The position numbers were made by a program, and so were the translations under genes. Source: an uncultured Acidobacteriota bacterium (GTDB lineage: Bacteria > Acidobacteriota > Blastocatellia > RBC074). Taken from it: a stretch of DNA of 64,000 nt. The stretch spans positions 1,376,001-1,440,000 of the forward strand of contig CAWCKY010000004.1 of NCBI GenBank assembly GCA_963796275.1, given 5' to 3'. Under the pieces are notes generated by a model. That model saw nothing but the letters and a program-made list of their open reading frames with translations, did not search any database and was not told the DNA's origin. Shown here piece after piece: positions 47,976-59,848 of this stretch; position 1 is the first letter of the stretch; each line of letters begins with the position of its first letter.

Positions 47976-49499
47976 CTATTGTTGTTGTTGATGTTTCTTG
48001 AGCAATTCGACGCCGAAGCGGATCGGGACGCCGAAATTTGTTGTCGCCTGTGAATTGAGCAGGACGGCCTGGTTGATGCCGATCACCTTACCACTACCGC
48101 CGAAGACAGGACCGCCTGAGCCGCCTTCATCGGTGCGCGCATCGTAAACGAGTTGTGGCCCGATGTCGCTGATGTGCCCCTGCGTCGATTGCGGGCGTAT
48201 TTTGGCATGCGCGGCGAGTTCATTAAGCTGAGTACGATAAGACAGGTTGCCATAGCTGCGCGATCCCGCTCGTCCCCTTTCATCTACACGCGCAACCAGT
48301 CCTTCAAGGCCCGCCGGGTACCCTATGAGAACGACGGGTTGTCCGCTGGCGATGCTCTCCCCGCTCTCGTCGAGCGGCAATACAGGTAAATCCGCCGTTC
48401 CCTGCACAAAAGTACAGAGCGCGACGTCATGAGTCTTGGACACCTCGAGCGCGCGCAATGTGAAGGGTTGCCTTGCTTGCGGGAAATAGGCGAGTAATTC
48501 TTTGAGTCTCGGCTCGAAGCCGCGCATCTTGATAATGCTCGCCAGTTCATCAGCCTCCCAGGCGAGGATGACGTGGCGGTTGGTCAGGATCATCTCCTTA
48601 TCGACCAGAAATCCGGTGCCGGTAAATTCGACTTCATAAACACGCCCATTGCCGTCAACGCTTAAGTTCACGTTGCCATCCGGTCCGATCGGGTTTTCCA
48701 TCGCGGTCGGCTCTTTGAACCGCACTTCACGGCCGACTCGCGGATCGACGAAAGTATAAGTGCCGTAAATCAGGCAGACGCCTCGCCCGTAACTGTTGAC
48801 GACTTTTTCGGGCAACGAGAGCGATACGCGTATGATCGCGGCTTCCTCGCGCGCGAGTTGGATTACGCTGCGCAATTTGTCGATCTCCCGGAACTTCTCG
48901 CCCAGTTCGTCAATCGCCGCCGTGTTGCGGCTCCCTACGATATAGTTGAGGATGTTCGATCCGATGATCGTCAGTACGATTAAAACTATGACTCCGGCGC
49001 CCGCGTAAAGGATTCGGCGCGGGATCTCTGCAGCCAGCTCGCGCAGCAATTGCTTGACGAAAACTATCGCGACGTCGGTGCGCGGTAGGCCTCGTCTCCC
49101 GCGCGCTGCATCGATCGATGTATCAGCCGGATCGACATTGGTGAGCGCGGCTGTCTCAAGCCGCAGAGATTCGTAAGAAAATCCTGTGAGCGCAAAGAAA
49201 CGCAGGCGGATTCCGGTTGTGCCGAAATAGAGCGTGTCACCATCCTGAATCGCATCTCCAATCGCAACGCTCTCTCCATCGCGCGTCACCTCTGCCCCCG
49301 GATTGAGGGTGGAGATTCGATAGGCGCCTTCGCGCAACCGCAGCGTCAAGATGAGTGATTCAGGCGGCAGACCCGAATTTCCGCCCTCAAAATTGACATC
49401 ACTATCGACCGCCGTGCCGATCGTGATCACCTCTTGATGGAAAATTCTTGTCGTGGGCCGCTCGACGCCGGCAAGACGTATCACAATCCCATTCATCAT
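47976..49499 (-). CDS. FHA-like domain + TM + trypsin-like serine protease
   Basis: N-terminal beta-rich FHA-like region (ITIG...[10 protein letters not shown]), TM helix, triad motifs TNRHV, HDVAL, GGSGGP. Confidence 0.82.
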   Translation of the reverse strand: MMNGIVIRLAGVERPTTRIFHQEVITIGTAVDSDVNFEGGNSGLPPESLILTLRLREGAYRISTLNPGAEVTRDGESVAIGDAIQDGDTLYFGTTGIRLRFFALTGFSYESLRLETAALTNVDPADTSIDAARGRRGLPRTDVAIVFVKQLLRELAAEIPRRILYAGAGVIVLIVLTIIGSNILNYIVGSRNTAAIDELGEKFREIDKLRSVIQLAREEAAIIRVSLSLPEKVVNSYGRGVCLIYGTYTFVDPRVGREVRFKEPTAMENPIGPDGNVNLSVDGNGRVYEVEFTGTGFLVDKEMILTNRHVILAWEADELASIIKMRGFEPRLKELLAYFPQARQPFTLRALEVSKTHDVALCTFVQGTADLPVLPLDESGESIASGQPVVLIGYPAGLEGLVARVDERGRAGSRSYGNLSYRTQLNELAAHAKIRPQSTQGHISDIGPQLVYDARTDEGGSGGPVFGGSGKVIGINQAVLLNSQATTNFGVPIRFGVELLKKHQQQQ

Positions 49500-49585
49500 A
49501 GAAACTTCTCTCTTCTCTATGTGAGTTCTAAGAAGATACAATAACATATTGGCGAGTGAGCACGAAATCGAGGGAGAACTGATAT

Positions 49586-50563
49586 ATGAAGGTCAGGATT
49601 GAAGATATTACGCGTGGGGGGCTGGCTATTTGCATTTCATTGATGATCATAGTTCCAACGTTTTCATTTTTACGAGCTATCGGGAAAGATTCTGGTAAAA
49701 AAATACTGGTAGCTCATCGCGGCGCATCGGCCTATGCGCCCGAACATACGCTCGAAGCATACAAACTGGCCATCGAACAGGGAGCGGATTATGTCGAGCA
49801 AGACCTGCAGGTGACGAAGGATGGCGCGCTCGTATGCCTCCACGACCTGACGCTCGAACGAACGACCAACGTCGAGGATATCTTCCCTGACCGTTTCCGC
49901 AATGACATCAGCGAAGACCAGGCTGCCGGCGGTAGCCCGGAAAAACACTGGTATGTCGCTGATTTCACTCTGGCGGAGATCAAAAAGCTCGATGCAGGAA
50001 CCTGGTTCAATGAAAAGTTCAAAGGAGCGACGGTCCCAACCTGGCAGGAGGCTATTGACCTGATTCGCGGAAAGGCCGGGCTTTTTCCCGAAACAAAAGC
50101 TCCTGAAGTATACGGCAGGCGCGGATTGGACATGGAAAAGCTGGTGATCGAGACGCTCAAGAAAAACGGGCTCGATCAGCCCGATGCTGTGAGAAATACA
50201 CCTGTCATCATTCAATCATTCAGCCCCGAGAGTCTGCAGAAACTGAAATTTGATCTGAAGTCGAAACTACCGCTCGTGCTACTCATCCAGGGGGGAACTC
50301 AAAATCAATGGCTGTCGGCCGATGGAATTAAACGGGTCAAAGTTTTCGCCGATGGCATCGGGCCGGCCAAAGGATTGATCGATCGTGAACCCCTCATCGT
50401 CAAATGGGCTCACAACGCAGGTTTGACGGTCACACCCTATACTTTCAGATCGAGCTCCACCGGACGATTTAAAGATGTCCGCGAGGAAATGGACTATTTC
50501 CTGTACAACCTCGGTGTTGACTCCGTGTTTACTGATAATCCCGATCGGTTTCCGCGCCGCTGA
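49586..50563 (+). CDS. glpQ: Glycerophosphodiester phosphodiesterase
   Basis: [37 protein letters not shown]. Confidence 0.92.
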   Translation: MKVRIEDITRGGLAICISLMIIVPTFSFLRAIGKDSGKKILVAHRGASAYAPEHTLEAYKLAIEQGADYVEQDLQVTKDGALVCLHDLTLERTTNVEDIFPDRFRNDISEDQAAGGSPEKHWYVADFTLAEIKKLDAGTWFNEKFKGATVPTWQEAIDLIRGKAGLFPETKAPEVYGRRGLDMEKLVIETLKKNGLDQPDAVRNTPVIIQSFSPESLQKLKFDLKSKLPLVLLIQGGTQNQWLSADGIKRVKVFADGIGPAKGLIDREPLIVKWAHNAGLTVTPYTFRSSSTGRFKDVREEMDYFLYNLGVDSVFTDNPDRFPRR

Positions 50564-50651
50564 GGTGGAAAAAAAGTTGGCGGGAAAAAGGGCAATGCAA
50601 AAATAGTCATTTGCTCCTATTGCTAGATTTTCGCCGTTTTTGTTTTCCCGG

Positions 50652-51026
50652 CTATAAAGGCCGGCGTCCGGAGAATCCGGCGTCTACATCGTGCCACCAT
50701 TCAATGCTCTCTTCGCCTCGCTGCCAGCATAGGTAGACTATCTTTCCATCGCGTTCGTGTGGAAAATCGCAGAGGCCGCGCTCAAAGTCCTTGATCTCGA
50801 TGCCGTGCCCGAGTATCTCCTGGATGCCCATCAGGAATTTGGTGAGCGCATCCGCGTACGGCACGCCATAGATCGTGCCCCCTCCGCCTTCAGAAGCACG
50901 CTCGCTGGCACGCTTCACTTCAGGCTCCAACCGTTGGAGGATCGCGGTAGCCTCATCTATCCGCTGGAAGATTCTTCGTACCTCTGGTAATAACGCGTTC
51001 GCTTCTTCTAGTGTGAATAATCTCAT
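50652..51026 (-). CDS. DUF2203 family protein
   Basis: [14 protein letters not shown]...[18 protein letters not shown]...GF.GRRPL. Confidence 0.88.
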   Translation of the reverse strand: MRLFTLEEANALLPEVRRIFQRIDEATAILQRLEPEVKRASERASEGGGGTIYGVPYADALTKFLMGIQEILGHGIEIKDFERGLCDFPHERDGKIVYLCWQRGEESIEWWHDVDAGFSGRRPL

Positions 51027-51232
51027 TTCAACCTGACTTGTAAGCCCGAATGAGAATCGACGAGGCCATTAGAGCAAGAGCAGCATCGAAAATCAAACAT
51101 CATATGGGGTGCACTGCTAACATACTTGCCTCACTTTCTCGAGAAGAGTACCATTAGCGCGGCTTGTAACAGTTACGCAAGTTGCCACCCCTAATGCGTT
51201 CTTTGACTAAAGAAAACGTCGAGGAGGTTACA

Positions 51233-52021
51233 ATGTTGAGACGAGTTCTCCCATTCAGCTGTATACTTTTCTTCTGCCTCATCACATTCTACACCGCTGT
51301 TAGTTTCGGCCAGACAAGCGGACAGAATCCGGCAGCCAACCAACAGAAACCGGCCGATCCCGAAGGCGCTGAGCTCCGGGAGCACAAGACTATTCTCGCG
51401 GTAGAAACCAAAAGTTCGGAACATAAATCGATCATTCCCGAAGGAACCGAACTTCAATTGGAATTGAAAGACCCGCTCAGTTCGAAATTGAGCGAGCCGG
51501 GAGACCTTGTAACCGCCGTACTTCGCCGCGAGGTCGTAGTCGATGGCTATAAATTACTGCACGAAGGCACGGAATTCATCGGTCGAGTGACCATGGCGAA
51601 GCCCGCCAAGCGGCCTCTGAAAGGCGGCCAATTACATCTCACCTTCGAAAAAGTGCGGATAGACGGTCAGGAGCAGAAGCTTTATTCGGTAATAAAATCT
51701 GCTTCCGACTTCACACGCGACGAGAAGGTTACGGGCGATAGCGAAGGCACACTCAAAGGCGGCACAGATGGCGGAAAAGTCGTGGATAACATCGTAACCG
51801 CCGGAACGCTCGGTGGTATCGGGGCTTCAATCATTATCCTTTCGAGCATCGGCAGGGAGAGGGGGATTGGAGGCATCAGCCGAGCTGCCGCGATTGGAGG
51901 CCCCGCAGTCCTTGGCGGCAGCATTGTTGCGGGAATTTTGTTGACCAAAGGCAAGGAAGTCCGGCTCGACAGGGATACCATCATCAGACTGAAGCTAGAA
52001 AAAGCGCTCGCGGTCGAATGA
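51233..52021 (+). CDS. Exported protein with VirB10/TrbI-like beta domain and glycine zipper
   Basis: [21 protein letters not shown], Gly/Ala-rich helices, KGKEVRL; RBS GAGGAGG. Confidence 0.7.
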   Translation: MLRRVLPFSCILFFCLITFYTAVSFGQTSGQNPAANQQKPADPEGAELREHKTILAVETKSSEHKSIIPEGTELQLELKDPLSSKLSEPGDLVTAVLRREVVVDGYKLLHEGTEFIGRVTMAKPAKRPLKGGQLHLTFEKVRIDGQEQKLYSVIKSASDFTRDEKVTGDSEGTLKGGTDGGKVVDNIVTAGTLGGIGASIIILSSIGRERGIGGISRAAAIGGPAVLGGSIVAGILLTKGKEVRLDRDTIIRLKLEKALAVE

Positions 52022-52153
52022 TATCTGCATTAATGGAAAATCTGACACGAAGACGCAAAGGGGGATATATCTTTGCGTCTTTGCGCTTTTGCTTCGAAAA
52101 AACTTCGTATTTTACTTCGTATCTTGTGTGCCCCCTTTTAGTTGAGGGATAAG

Positions 52154-52933
52154 ATGAGACTCAAAGATCGTGTATGCATAATCACAGGAGGCGGCCGGGG
52201 ATTGGGACGAGATATGGCTCTGGCATTTTCACGAGAGGGCGCGCACATAGTCGTCTCAGGCACTACGGAATCGGCCGTCAATTCGACTGCGGCCGAAATA
52301 CGGGCAAAGGGAGCCCGGTCTATTGCCATCGTCTGCGATGTCTCAGATGAGGAAGCGGTGGGACACATGGTCGCGGCGACGGTGCGAGAATTCGGGACCA
52401 TCGACGTCCTGGTCAACAACGCCGGGATCATCGGCCCGACAGCGGTTGTGACTGAGGTGAGCCGTGAAGATTGGGATCATACGATCGCCGTAAACCTGAC
52501 CGGAGCTTTCCTCTGCGCGAAGGCAGTCCTGCCCCATATGGCCGAGCGAGGGCGTGGCAAAATCATCAATATCTCGTCGGTCGCTGGCCACAAGGGATAC
52601 CCGCTGCGCAGCCCATATTCCGTCTCGAAGTGGGGAATGATCGGATTGAGTCAGACACTGGCGGCCGAATGGGGTCGCTATAATATTCAGGTCAATACGA
52701 TCTCACCTGGTCCCGTGCGCGGCGATCGAATGGATGAGGTGATACGCCGCCGCGCCGAACAATCTGATCGCCGGATCGATGATGTAGCTCGCGAATATCT
52801 GGTCAAACTGGCGCTCGACCGCTTCGTGGAGCCGGATCACATCGCGGCTACTGCCGTGTTTCTCGCCTCAGGAGAGAGCGACAGCATTACGGGTGAGGTG
52901 ATACAGGTTTCGTCGGGGTACGGGTTGACGTGA
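52154..52933 (+). CDS. SDR family oxidoreductase
   Basis: TGGGRGLG, NNAG, YSVSK. Confidence 0.93.
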   Translation: MRLKDRVCIITGGGRGLGRDMALAFSREGAHIVVSGTTESAVNSTAAEIRAKGARSIAIVCDVSDEEAVGHMVAATVREFGTIDVLVNNAGIIGPTAVVTEVSREDWDHTIAVNLTGAFLCAKAVLPHMAERGRGKIINISSVAGHKGYPLRSPYSVSKWGMIGLSQTLAAEWGRYNIQVNTISPGPVRGDRMDEVIRRRAEQSDRRIDDVAREYLVKLALDRFVEPDHIAATAVFLASGESDSITGEVIQVSSGYGLT

Positions 52934-53006
52934 GAATCGGTGCCGCAGCGGAATTGATTTTCCTACTATGAAAAAACCAAGAGCATTGAAGGAGGATTGA
53001 AAAAAT

Positions 53007-53492
53007 ATGGCAAGCGAGTCGAAATCAAACGAGCTGAAAGTCGGAGACGCAGCTCCCAGCTTCAGCCTGAAAAACACAGAGGGTGAGACAGTCAAGCTCT
53101 CGGATTACAAAGGCAAGAAAGTCGTGCTCTATTTTTACCCGAGGGACATGACGCCGGGTTGCACGAAAGAGGCCTGCGGTTTCCGCGACGATTTTGCGCA
53201 GCTAAAGAAGCGCGGCGTCGAGGTGATAGGCGTGAGCGGGGACGATCAGGATTCCCACCAGAAATTTACCGAAAAGTATTCCCTGCCATTCACACTGCTC
53301 TCAGACCCCGATCACGAGATGATGGAGAAATATGGCGCGTGGGGCGAGAAGAATTTGTATGGGAAAAAGTCGATGGGCGTCCTGCGAATCACATACATCA
53401 TCGACGAGGAGGGAAAGATCGCGCACTTGTTCAAGAGAGTTAAGACCGATACGCATAGTCAGGATGTTTTGAAAGTGATCGATGCGATGTGA
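53007..53492 (+). CDS. bcp: Thioredoxin-dependent peroxiredoxin Bcp
   Basis: [21 protein letters not shown]. Confidence 0.95.
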   Translation: MASESKSNELKVGDAAPSFSLKNTEGETVKLSDYKGKKVVLYFYPRDMTPGCTKEACGFRDDFAQLKKRGVEVIGVSGDDQDSHQKFTEKYSLPFTLLSDPDHEMMEKYGAWGEKNLYGKKSMGVLRITYIIDEEGKIAHLFKRVKTDTHSQDVLKVIDAM

Positions 53493-53512
53493 AGACAAGT
53501 GACGCGAACAGA

Positions 53513-53552
53513 AAAAAATAGCGGAGGCTCTTTGACCTCCGCTATTCTTTTT
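53513..53552. terminator. Bidirectional intrinsic terminator
   Basis: AATAGCGGAGG-N8-CCTCCGCTATT flanked by an A-run and a T-rich run between convergent genes. Confidence 0.85.
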
Positions 53553-53566
53553 AGTTCCGAGACAGA

Positions 53567-56500
53567 TCAGAACTGGAAGCGTGCTCCGAGTTGAATTTGC
53601 CTCTCGCGATATAGAGTTCCGCCCGCCTCGCTGATCGTTCCAAAATTATTGGTGAAGTTAAGGGTACCGCCCCCAGCAGTTGAAATTGAATAGAAACCGG
53701 TATTGGCACCGGTAAATTGAGTGCGGTTAAAGATGTTGAACGCCTCACCGAGAACTTCTAAGTTCATCCCTTCCTTGATGATAAACCGACGGGAAAGTCT
53801 CAGATCTACGTTCCAAACACTGGGCATTTTAAATGCATTGCGCTCAATCAACGGCAGCCGGCTCGCGCCCCCAGATCCGTTGATTCCACCACCACCGGCA
53901 ACGCTGCCGGGCATCGTGCCGGTAACTAGACCGTCGTATGGTTGACCGGTGTAATACTGGAAAATTGGTGCGATGCCCCAACCATCAGCAAGAGTCGTGG
54001 CGAGTTTGCTCCCCAATTTCACCCTCGGAGCATATACAGCGCTTGCTACGAACTTATTGCGCCTATCGAACGTCGATCTACCCCTCTCCTGGCTGACATC
54101 AAAGACATTGTACGGGACATTTCCCGTTGTGAAAGTTTGAGACCTCTGGTTGTCGTCTGTCGCCTTCGACAATGTATAACTAGCGAGGAATTGCAGCCCA
54201 TTGGAAAACCTGCGATTTGCTTGTAACACCAATGAGTGATACTCGGATTTGACAGTGCTGGATATCTCCGTCATCTGAGTAAAGGAAGTATTTGGGCGCA
54301 GGCCGCGAAAGGCCGGAACCGTCACAGTTTGACCATCGAATGGCCCGCCATTGATCAGATAGGTTTGGGTGTCAGTTGGGACATTCAGGTTCCGGTCAAG
54401 GAACGTCGGAAGCCTCCGACCGCTACTGAACAAGTAAGAAGCCGAGACAGTAACATTTCTCGATAGCTCGCGCTCGAAAATGAGGTCTGTCTGATGAATC
54501 ATCGGATTTCCATAGTTTGAAGCAAAAAACTGAATTGCTCCAGTTCCCGCTGGTGCGGATGTCAGCGTGTTGGGAAAAACCGGCGCCAACGTGGAAGTCG
54601 GCAAGATGCTGGCAAGAGTCTGTCCGGCGCTCGTGCCAGTGTTGATCAGAGCATTGTAGATCGCTGAATTGATAATACGGCCATAATAAAGACCATATCC
54701 GCCGCGCAAAGAAGTTCTACCATTCCCGGTCAAGTCAATGGCGAAGCCGGCTCGCGGGCCAAAGTTATTCCTATCCTTAGGCAATGACGAAGTAGCCTGG
54801 TTTAAAGTCAGGCCAGTATTCGGAATAAGGTCGGTACTGGGATTCGGGTTCTGAATATCCGGCATTTGCTGGTATTCATATCTTAGTCCGAAGTTGAGCG
54901 TAACCCTTGGAGTAAACTTCCAGTCGTACTGCAAATAAAAGTTGTAATCAGTCGTGTTGAACTCAGTTCCAGTAGGGCCAAATCCCTGTTGATAATTGGA
55001 TGTGTAGCATCTTCCTGCCAAACGAGCAGCATTCGAAACGCAGTTCGCGCCAGCCAACCCGCCAACTCTCCAATTGGTGTAATCGATAATGAAGTCATTG
55101 ATGTTGGCATAAGCGTAAGAACCGCCTTCAGTGAACAGGTTACTTAAAACCTCATTGACGCGGTTGAAATCAGCGCCGAACTTGAGAACGTTCGCTCCGA
55201 GAGAGAGGGTCACATTGTCTGTGAATTGTGTGCGCTTCTCTTCAGGGTAAGATGTCCGCTCGAGGAAATTCGGTTTCCCGAATTCCAATCCGCCATTCTG
55301 AAGGTTGATAGCCGGCGATCTGCCGTTCGGACCGGTCGTCGGCTCCTGTGGTAGCGACGGCTGGCTAATTTGCAATTCAAAATCGCGCGCATACTGGAAG
55401 CGAAACTCATTGACAAGCCTGGGCGATAGCGTCGAGACGAGGCGGCCGGTTCCCCAATCTACTTTCACGAAATCATCGCCAAAACTCGCCCTGCCACGCG
55501 CATTTGTCGCTTGCGTCTGTACTCCTGAAGGAGAGTCCCAGCGCAGACGGTTATAGGTCGCCGTGAAAGTGTGCTTGCTGCTGATTTGCCAATCAATTTT
55601 CGGCAGGATCAATCCTTGATCACCACTACGCTGGACAGAGCCCGTCAACGATGTGAGAAACGACAATCCATCATCGATCTGCGCACCCGTCAGGCCTCTT
55701 CCAGTCAGCGCGGCACGATTGACTGAATTGAGGTAGGTTGGGCTTGAGAAGATTCCCAATCCGGGAAAGTCGCGTTTCTGTTGGTCGTAGCTGAAGAAGA
55801 AGAACAGCTTATCTTTGACTATCGGCCCGCCAAAAGTGCCGCCGAACTGGTGGCGCACATCATCGGGCTTGATTCCTACAACAGTCGGAGTGCCGCCGAC
55901 CAGGACTGTTTGTGTCGCCAATGGATTACGTGCACCCCAATCATTGTTGCGCTGGAAGTAGAATGCGTCACCGTGAATGTTATTGGTTCCGCTTTTTGTC
56001 ACCGCGTTGGTTACACCGCCCGCCGCGCGTCCATATTCGGCGGAATAGTTCGAGGTATTTACCTGGAACTCACGGATCGCCGACTGTGAGATCGAATAAC
56101 CGATGCGCGTGCGGCCGCGCTCTTCGGAAAAGAACGCCTGATTGTTATCGCCGCCGTCAACTGTGTTGTTGTTGAGCAGCCCTGAAATTCCCCGGAAGCT
56201 GAGCAGGCCGAAGCTACCGTCCGGCACTACGCCGGGTGTCAGAATAACGAAATTAGACCAGCGGCGCCCGTTGATCGGCAGTTCGTTGATTGCGGTCTGG
56301 TTGATATTGCTGGAGAACTCTTTGTTCTCTACATTGACCGATCCGGTTGAAGCTACAACATCAACAATAACCTCGGTGGCGCCTACTTTCAAAGATGCAT
56401 CGACATTGGCTACTCGCCCTATCTCAACCGCGATTCTATCTTGCTTGTAATCGGAAAAGCCGGAAGCGGTGATAGTCATGTGATAAGTGCCAGGCTGAAG

Positions 56501-56737
56501 ATTCGTGAAGCGAAAGCGGCCTTCTGCATCAGTAGTCGCTGTTTCTATTTTGTTGGTATCTAAGCTGCGAAGCGTGACTGTTGCATTTGGGACAACAGCA
56601 TTATTGGGATCGTTGACGCTGCCGCTGATTGCGCCGGTCACCGCCGATTGCGCCATTGCAGAGCTCACCCCTATTGTGAGACAACCCGTTAGCAGAATTA
56701 CTGCACAGGTTAAGCGAAATAAACTTGATCTAAACAT
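53567..56737 (-). CDS. Oar-like TonB-dependent receptor
   Basis: LPINGRRW, YSAEYGRAAGGVTNAVTKSGTN, NNFGPRAG, RQIQLGARFQF; RBS GGGAG before ATG 56737. Confidence 0.92.
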   Translation of the reverse strand: MFRSSLFRLTCAVILLTGCLTIGVSSAMAQSAVTGAISGSVNDPNNAVVPNATVTLRSLDTNKIETATTDAEGRFRFTNLQPGTYHMTITASGFSDYKQDRIAVEIGRVANVDASLKVGATEVIVDVVASTGSVNVENKEFSSNINQTAINELPINGRRWSNFVILTPGVVPDGSFGLLSFRGISGLLNNNTVDGGDNNQAFFSEERGRTRIGYSISQSAIREFQVNTSNYSAEYGRAAGGVTNAVTKSGTNNIHGDAFYFQRNNDWGARNPLATQTVLVGGTPTVVGIKPDDVRHQFGGTFGGPIVKDKLFFFFSYDQQKRDFPGLGIFSSPTYLNSVNRAALTGRGLTGAQIDDGLSFLTSLTGSVQRSGDQGLILPKIDWQISSKHTFTATYNRLRWDSPSGVQTQATNARGRASFGDDFVKVDWGTGRLVSTLSPRLVNEFRFQYARDFELQISQPSLPQEPTTGPNGRSPAINLQNGGLEFGKPNFLERTSYPEEKRTQFTDNVTLSLGANVLKFGADFNRVNEVLSNLFTEGGSYAYANINDFIIDYTNWRVGGLAGANCVSNAARLAGRCYTSNYQQGFGPTGTEFNTTDYNFYLQYDWKFTPRVTLNFGLRYEYQQMPDIQNPNPSTDLIPNTGLTLNQATSSLPKDRNNFGPRAGFAIDLTGNGRTSLRGGYGLYYGRIINSAIYNALINTGTSAGQTLASILPTSTLAPVFPNTLTSAPAGTGAIQFFASNYGNPMIHQTDLIFERELSRNVTVSASYLFSSGRRLPTFLDRNLNVPTDTQTYLINGGPFDGQTVTVPAFRGLRPNTSFTQMTEISSTVKSEYHSLVLQANRRFSNGLQFLASYTLSKATDDNQRSQTFTTGNVPYNVFDVSQERGRSTFDRRNKFVASAVYAPRVKLGSKLATTLADGWGIAPIFQYYTGQPYDGLVTGTMPGSVAGGGGINGSGGASRLPLIERNAFKMPSVWNVDLRLSRRFIIKEGMNLEVLGEAFNIFNRTQFTGANTGFYSISTAGGGTLNFTNNFGTISEAGGTLYRERQIQLGARFQF

Positions 56738-57102
56738 ATCTCTCCCTATCTCGTTAATCGAGTTACGAATATACACGAGCACACCGACCTCATCCGTCGC
56801 TAAGACCCGTGGTAGTTACCAAATATTTTCGACTGATTTCATCCCTGCTGGCGTAGCCGTTTGGCCGGATTGTGATGGTCATTGCCCCCTCGTCAGGGGC
56901 GCGATTTTTTAACAAACGAATTCCGCGAATTATCGCTTTATGTATTATGAAAATTGGTGAAAATCTCTGAGATTATATATTACAGGTACTCAAACGTGAG
57001 TTTGTTTCAGCGGACGAGAGTAAATCAGAGAGGCTTGAAGGTCAAGTTAAGTTCCTCTCAAGACTCAGCACAAAATCCACAAACTGATGCTTCGAATTAC
57101 TA

Positions 57103-58128
57103 TTAACTTCCTCCTATCCGCGTAACCTTAACCGCGCCGCCGTCAAGTAGCTCAACATCGTATGATACCATTTTCGATTCGTTATTCTTATCGATGACAG
57201 GTACTTTAAAGCGGCCGCGCGCTCCATCCATCTTCAGATCGATCGGGAAGCGGCCCGATACATCTTCGCGAAATGGCGTCGTGTAGTTGCGCGAGACCGG
57301 ATCGTAAGCCAGCACCTTCACGCGGTCGAAATCGATATGTTCGTCCTGGTTCGTTATCGTTCGTTCGAGGACGAGGTAATGATCGCCCGTGCCGCCATTC
57401 GCTTCTTTCACAGACCCGAGCTTCTGCCATCCGGTTATGCGGCGCCCGCTCGACGCGAAATAAACGATATCGCCGGGGATCTCCAGTTCGACCGAGCCAC
57501 CGTAAATCCAGCCCGCCGGCAACACAGCGGAATCCTTCAAGCGGACCAGCAGCCAATCATCATAAGCACTCCCTCCCGATTTATTCTCTACCTGTTTACC
57601 TTCGGCCTCTGCCGCCGGCGCGGTCGGTTTGGGCTTGCGGTCCCGCGCGACTACCTCGAGTAAAGTGCCTTCCGGTAACAGAGTCGCAACGTTCTTGTCG
57701 TCCGAACGATCCGGCGTCAATCTCAGTTTGAGCGACGCTTTCGATCTTCCGATCGCTTGTGTCTGTGTATCTTTATATTTTTCGGCGATGCGGCGCGATT
57801 CTTCGACGACATTATCCTTCACGAAGTATTTGGCCTCTGCCCATAAATCCAATCCCGAATCGATGCTCGGCGCCTTTATCTTCGCCCAAAGCCTTCCGTC
57901 CTCCGAATAAGAGCGATCCACAATCGTGATCCGATCTCCTCCTTTCAACTCACCTACAACTTTTGAAACTTGCGCCGTCGAGCTCCTCAGCCTTAGGCTG
58001 GCTGGCTCAACATAGGCAGTTTCATTAAGCGGAGTGCTGCCAGAGCACGAGGCATAGAAGGCCGTCCCCGCTAAGAATAGTAGTATTGTAGCTGATATCG
58101 GCGTGCAGAATTTATGAGCGATACTCAT
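57103..58128 (-). CDS. Lipoprotein with two bacterial SH3 domains
   Basis: YASC lipobox-like; LRLRSS...LKGGDRI; LKLRLTP...LPEGT.LEV...GWIY. Confidence 0.78.
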   Translation of the reverse strand: MSIAHKFCTPISATILLFLAGTAFYASCSGSTPLNETAYVEPASLRLRSSTAQVSKVVGELKGGDRITIVDRSYSEDGRLWAKIKAPSIDSGLDLWAEAKYFVKDNVVEESRRIAEKYKDTQTQAIGRSKASLKLRLTPDRSDDKNVATLLPEGTLLEVVARDRKPKPTAPAAEAEGKQVENKSGGSAYDDWLLVRLKDSAVLPAGWIYGGSVELEIPGDIVYFASSGRRITGWQKLGSVKEANGGTGDHYLVLERTITNQDEHIDFDRVKVLAYDPVSRNYTTPFREDVSGRFPIDLKMDGARGRFKVPVIDKNNESKMVSYDVELLDGGAVKVTRIGGS

Positions 58129-58284
58129 TTGTCCTTATCGAAGGGCGTTTTTTAAACTTCATGTTAAGATTCCTATGACACGGATAGAATGAGTTTAAAA
58201 TTGTAAGCCCAAACTTTCAACTGAAGTTTATCCTCCTTAATTTATCCCCCCCTAATCCGAGACATTATTGAAGGAGTCAAATAT

Positions 58285-59313
58285 ATGGTTAAATCTTCAG
58301 ACCGCAGGCCGGCAAGAGCTACATCGCTCATTTCGTTCGTTTGCATAGTCATCATAGCAGCTCCATTTTCCATCGGTCGCACTATTCAGAAGCAGAATGG
58401 CCGCGCGCAGAGCGGAAAGCCTGTGATCTGGCGCGATCCCGGCGATGTCGCGAAACTTGACTTCATTGGCGGCTCAGGAGGACGCCGAAAGGCTCCCAAA
58501 CCGCCTTTCGCTTTTATCGAAGAGATTCTATCGGGTTCAAATCCCAAAGTTCGCGTGGTAGATGCTGATGGCGTGAAATGGTCGGTAAAATTCGGTCTTG
58601 AGGTTCACGCGGAAATTTTTGCGACGCGACTCGCATGGGCCGTCGGCTATTTCGTCGAGCCTTTATATTTTGTCGCGGCTGGAGTGATCGATGACCTGGG
58701 CCAGCTCAAACGCGCGAAGGAGTTTATAAAACCTGACGGCAGTTTTATCGACGCGCGCTTCGAAAGGCAGCGCGAGAAGGGGATCAAGAGTCTTGAGGAT
58801 GAAGAAAGCTGGAGCTGGTTGCAAAACCCATTCGCGGGCTCGCAAGAGTTGAACGGGTTGAAGGCCATTATGATGCTGGTCTCAAATTGGGATAACAAAG
58901 ATGTACGGGATATCAAACGCGGATCGAACACGGCAATATTTAAATACCCGATGAGCAGCGGCACTGAGGATCGTTATCTGGTAAATGACTGGGGAGGCGC
59001 TATGGGCAAGTGGGGCGGTTATCTGAACCGGGGAAAATGGGATTGCAAGGGCTACACAAAACAGACGCCGGATTTCGTCAAGGGAGTGAGGGGAGATTAT
59101 TTTGTCTGGGGTTATACGGGGCAACACACCAGCGATTTCGCCGATGACATTCGCATCAGCGATATGCGCTGGTTGATCCAATATCTGGGGCGCGTCACCG
59201 ATGATCAATTACGCGATGGCTTACGAGCGAGCGGAGCGAAAACCGATGAAGTCGATTGCTTTGCGCGGGCCGTCCGCGAGCGTATTGACCAGATAAAAAG
59301 CTGCGTTGAGTAA
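58285..59313 (+). CDS. Exported hypothetical protein with putative atypical kinase-like motifs
   Basis: Hydrophobic N-terminus; [24 protein letters not shown]...N, DWGG. Confidence 0.7.
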   Translation: MVKSSDRRPARATSLISFVCIVIIAAPFSIGRTIQKQNGRAQSGKPVIWRDPGDVAKLDFIGGSGGRRKAPKPPFAFIEEILSGSNPKVRVVDADGVKWSVKFGLEVHAEIFATRLAWAVGYFVEPLYFVAAGVIDDLGQLKRAKEFIKPDGSFIDARFERQREKGIKSLEDEESWSWLQNPFAGSQELNGLKAIMMLVSNWDNKDVRDIKRGSNTAIFKYPMSSGTEDRYLVNDWGGAMGKWGGYLNRGKWDCKGYTKQTPDFVKGVRGDYFVWGYTGQHTSDFADDIRISDMRWLIQYLGRVTDDQLRDGLRASGAKTDEVDCFARAVRERIDQIKSCVE

Positions 59314-59397
59314 TTTTAGATTTTAGATTTTAGATTTAGTCTCCAGTGACTACCATCTGAACACTGAAACTGAAAACTAAAATTAACTGCTCACCCT

Positions 59398-59848
59398 CTT
59401 CGCCGCGTTAGCGGCGGTTGATTGTAGCCGAGGGTTTTAACCCACGGCGGCGGTAGATTTTTTCACGTCGCGTCAGCGACGGTTGAATTCAGGCGTCGCT
59501 AACGCGACGCGGGAATATCCTTCAAGCATTCCGTGGGTTAAAACCCACGGCTACAATCAACCGCCGCTAACGCGGCGAAGATAGGGTACATCGGTGCGTC
59601 GCAAGGTGAGGGATCTCGCCGAACCGTGGGTTGAAATCTACACAAATCAGAGATCTCGGAATTCAACTAAAATGCGGGAGTATACATAATGATTGGCCCT
59701 CCTCTTAGCCAGGATTTACGTAAAACCGGGCTGAGGAGCCGCTTATCATTCTGTGCCGTCTCTTGCCATCGAGGGATTTTCAAAATCAGAGTAAATACCA
59801 ATGGGTTAAAACCCACGGCTACAATCAACCGCCGCTAACGCGGCGAAG
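59398..59848. repeat. REP/REPIN-like palindrome cluster
   Basis: 50-bp inverted arms 59398-59447 / 59531-59580 (1 mismatch), inner inverted pair 59466-59481 / 59494-59509, third arm copy 59802-59848; GTAG followed by palindrome CCGTGGGTTTTAACCCACGG. Confidence 0.88.

Noticed and set aside
51233-52021. Type IV secretion system
   Set aside because: Only a lone VirB10-like beta domain; no other T4SS genes.
59725-59770. SAH riboswitch (GAGGAGCCGC resembles GAGGAGCGC)
   Set aside because: Downstream conserved elements are missing and it lies between convergent gene ends.
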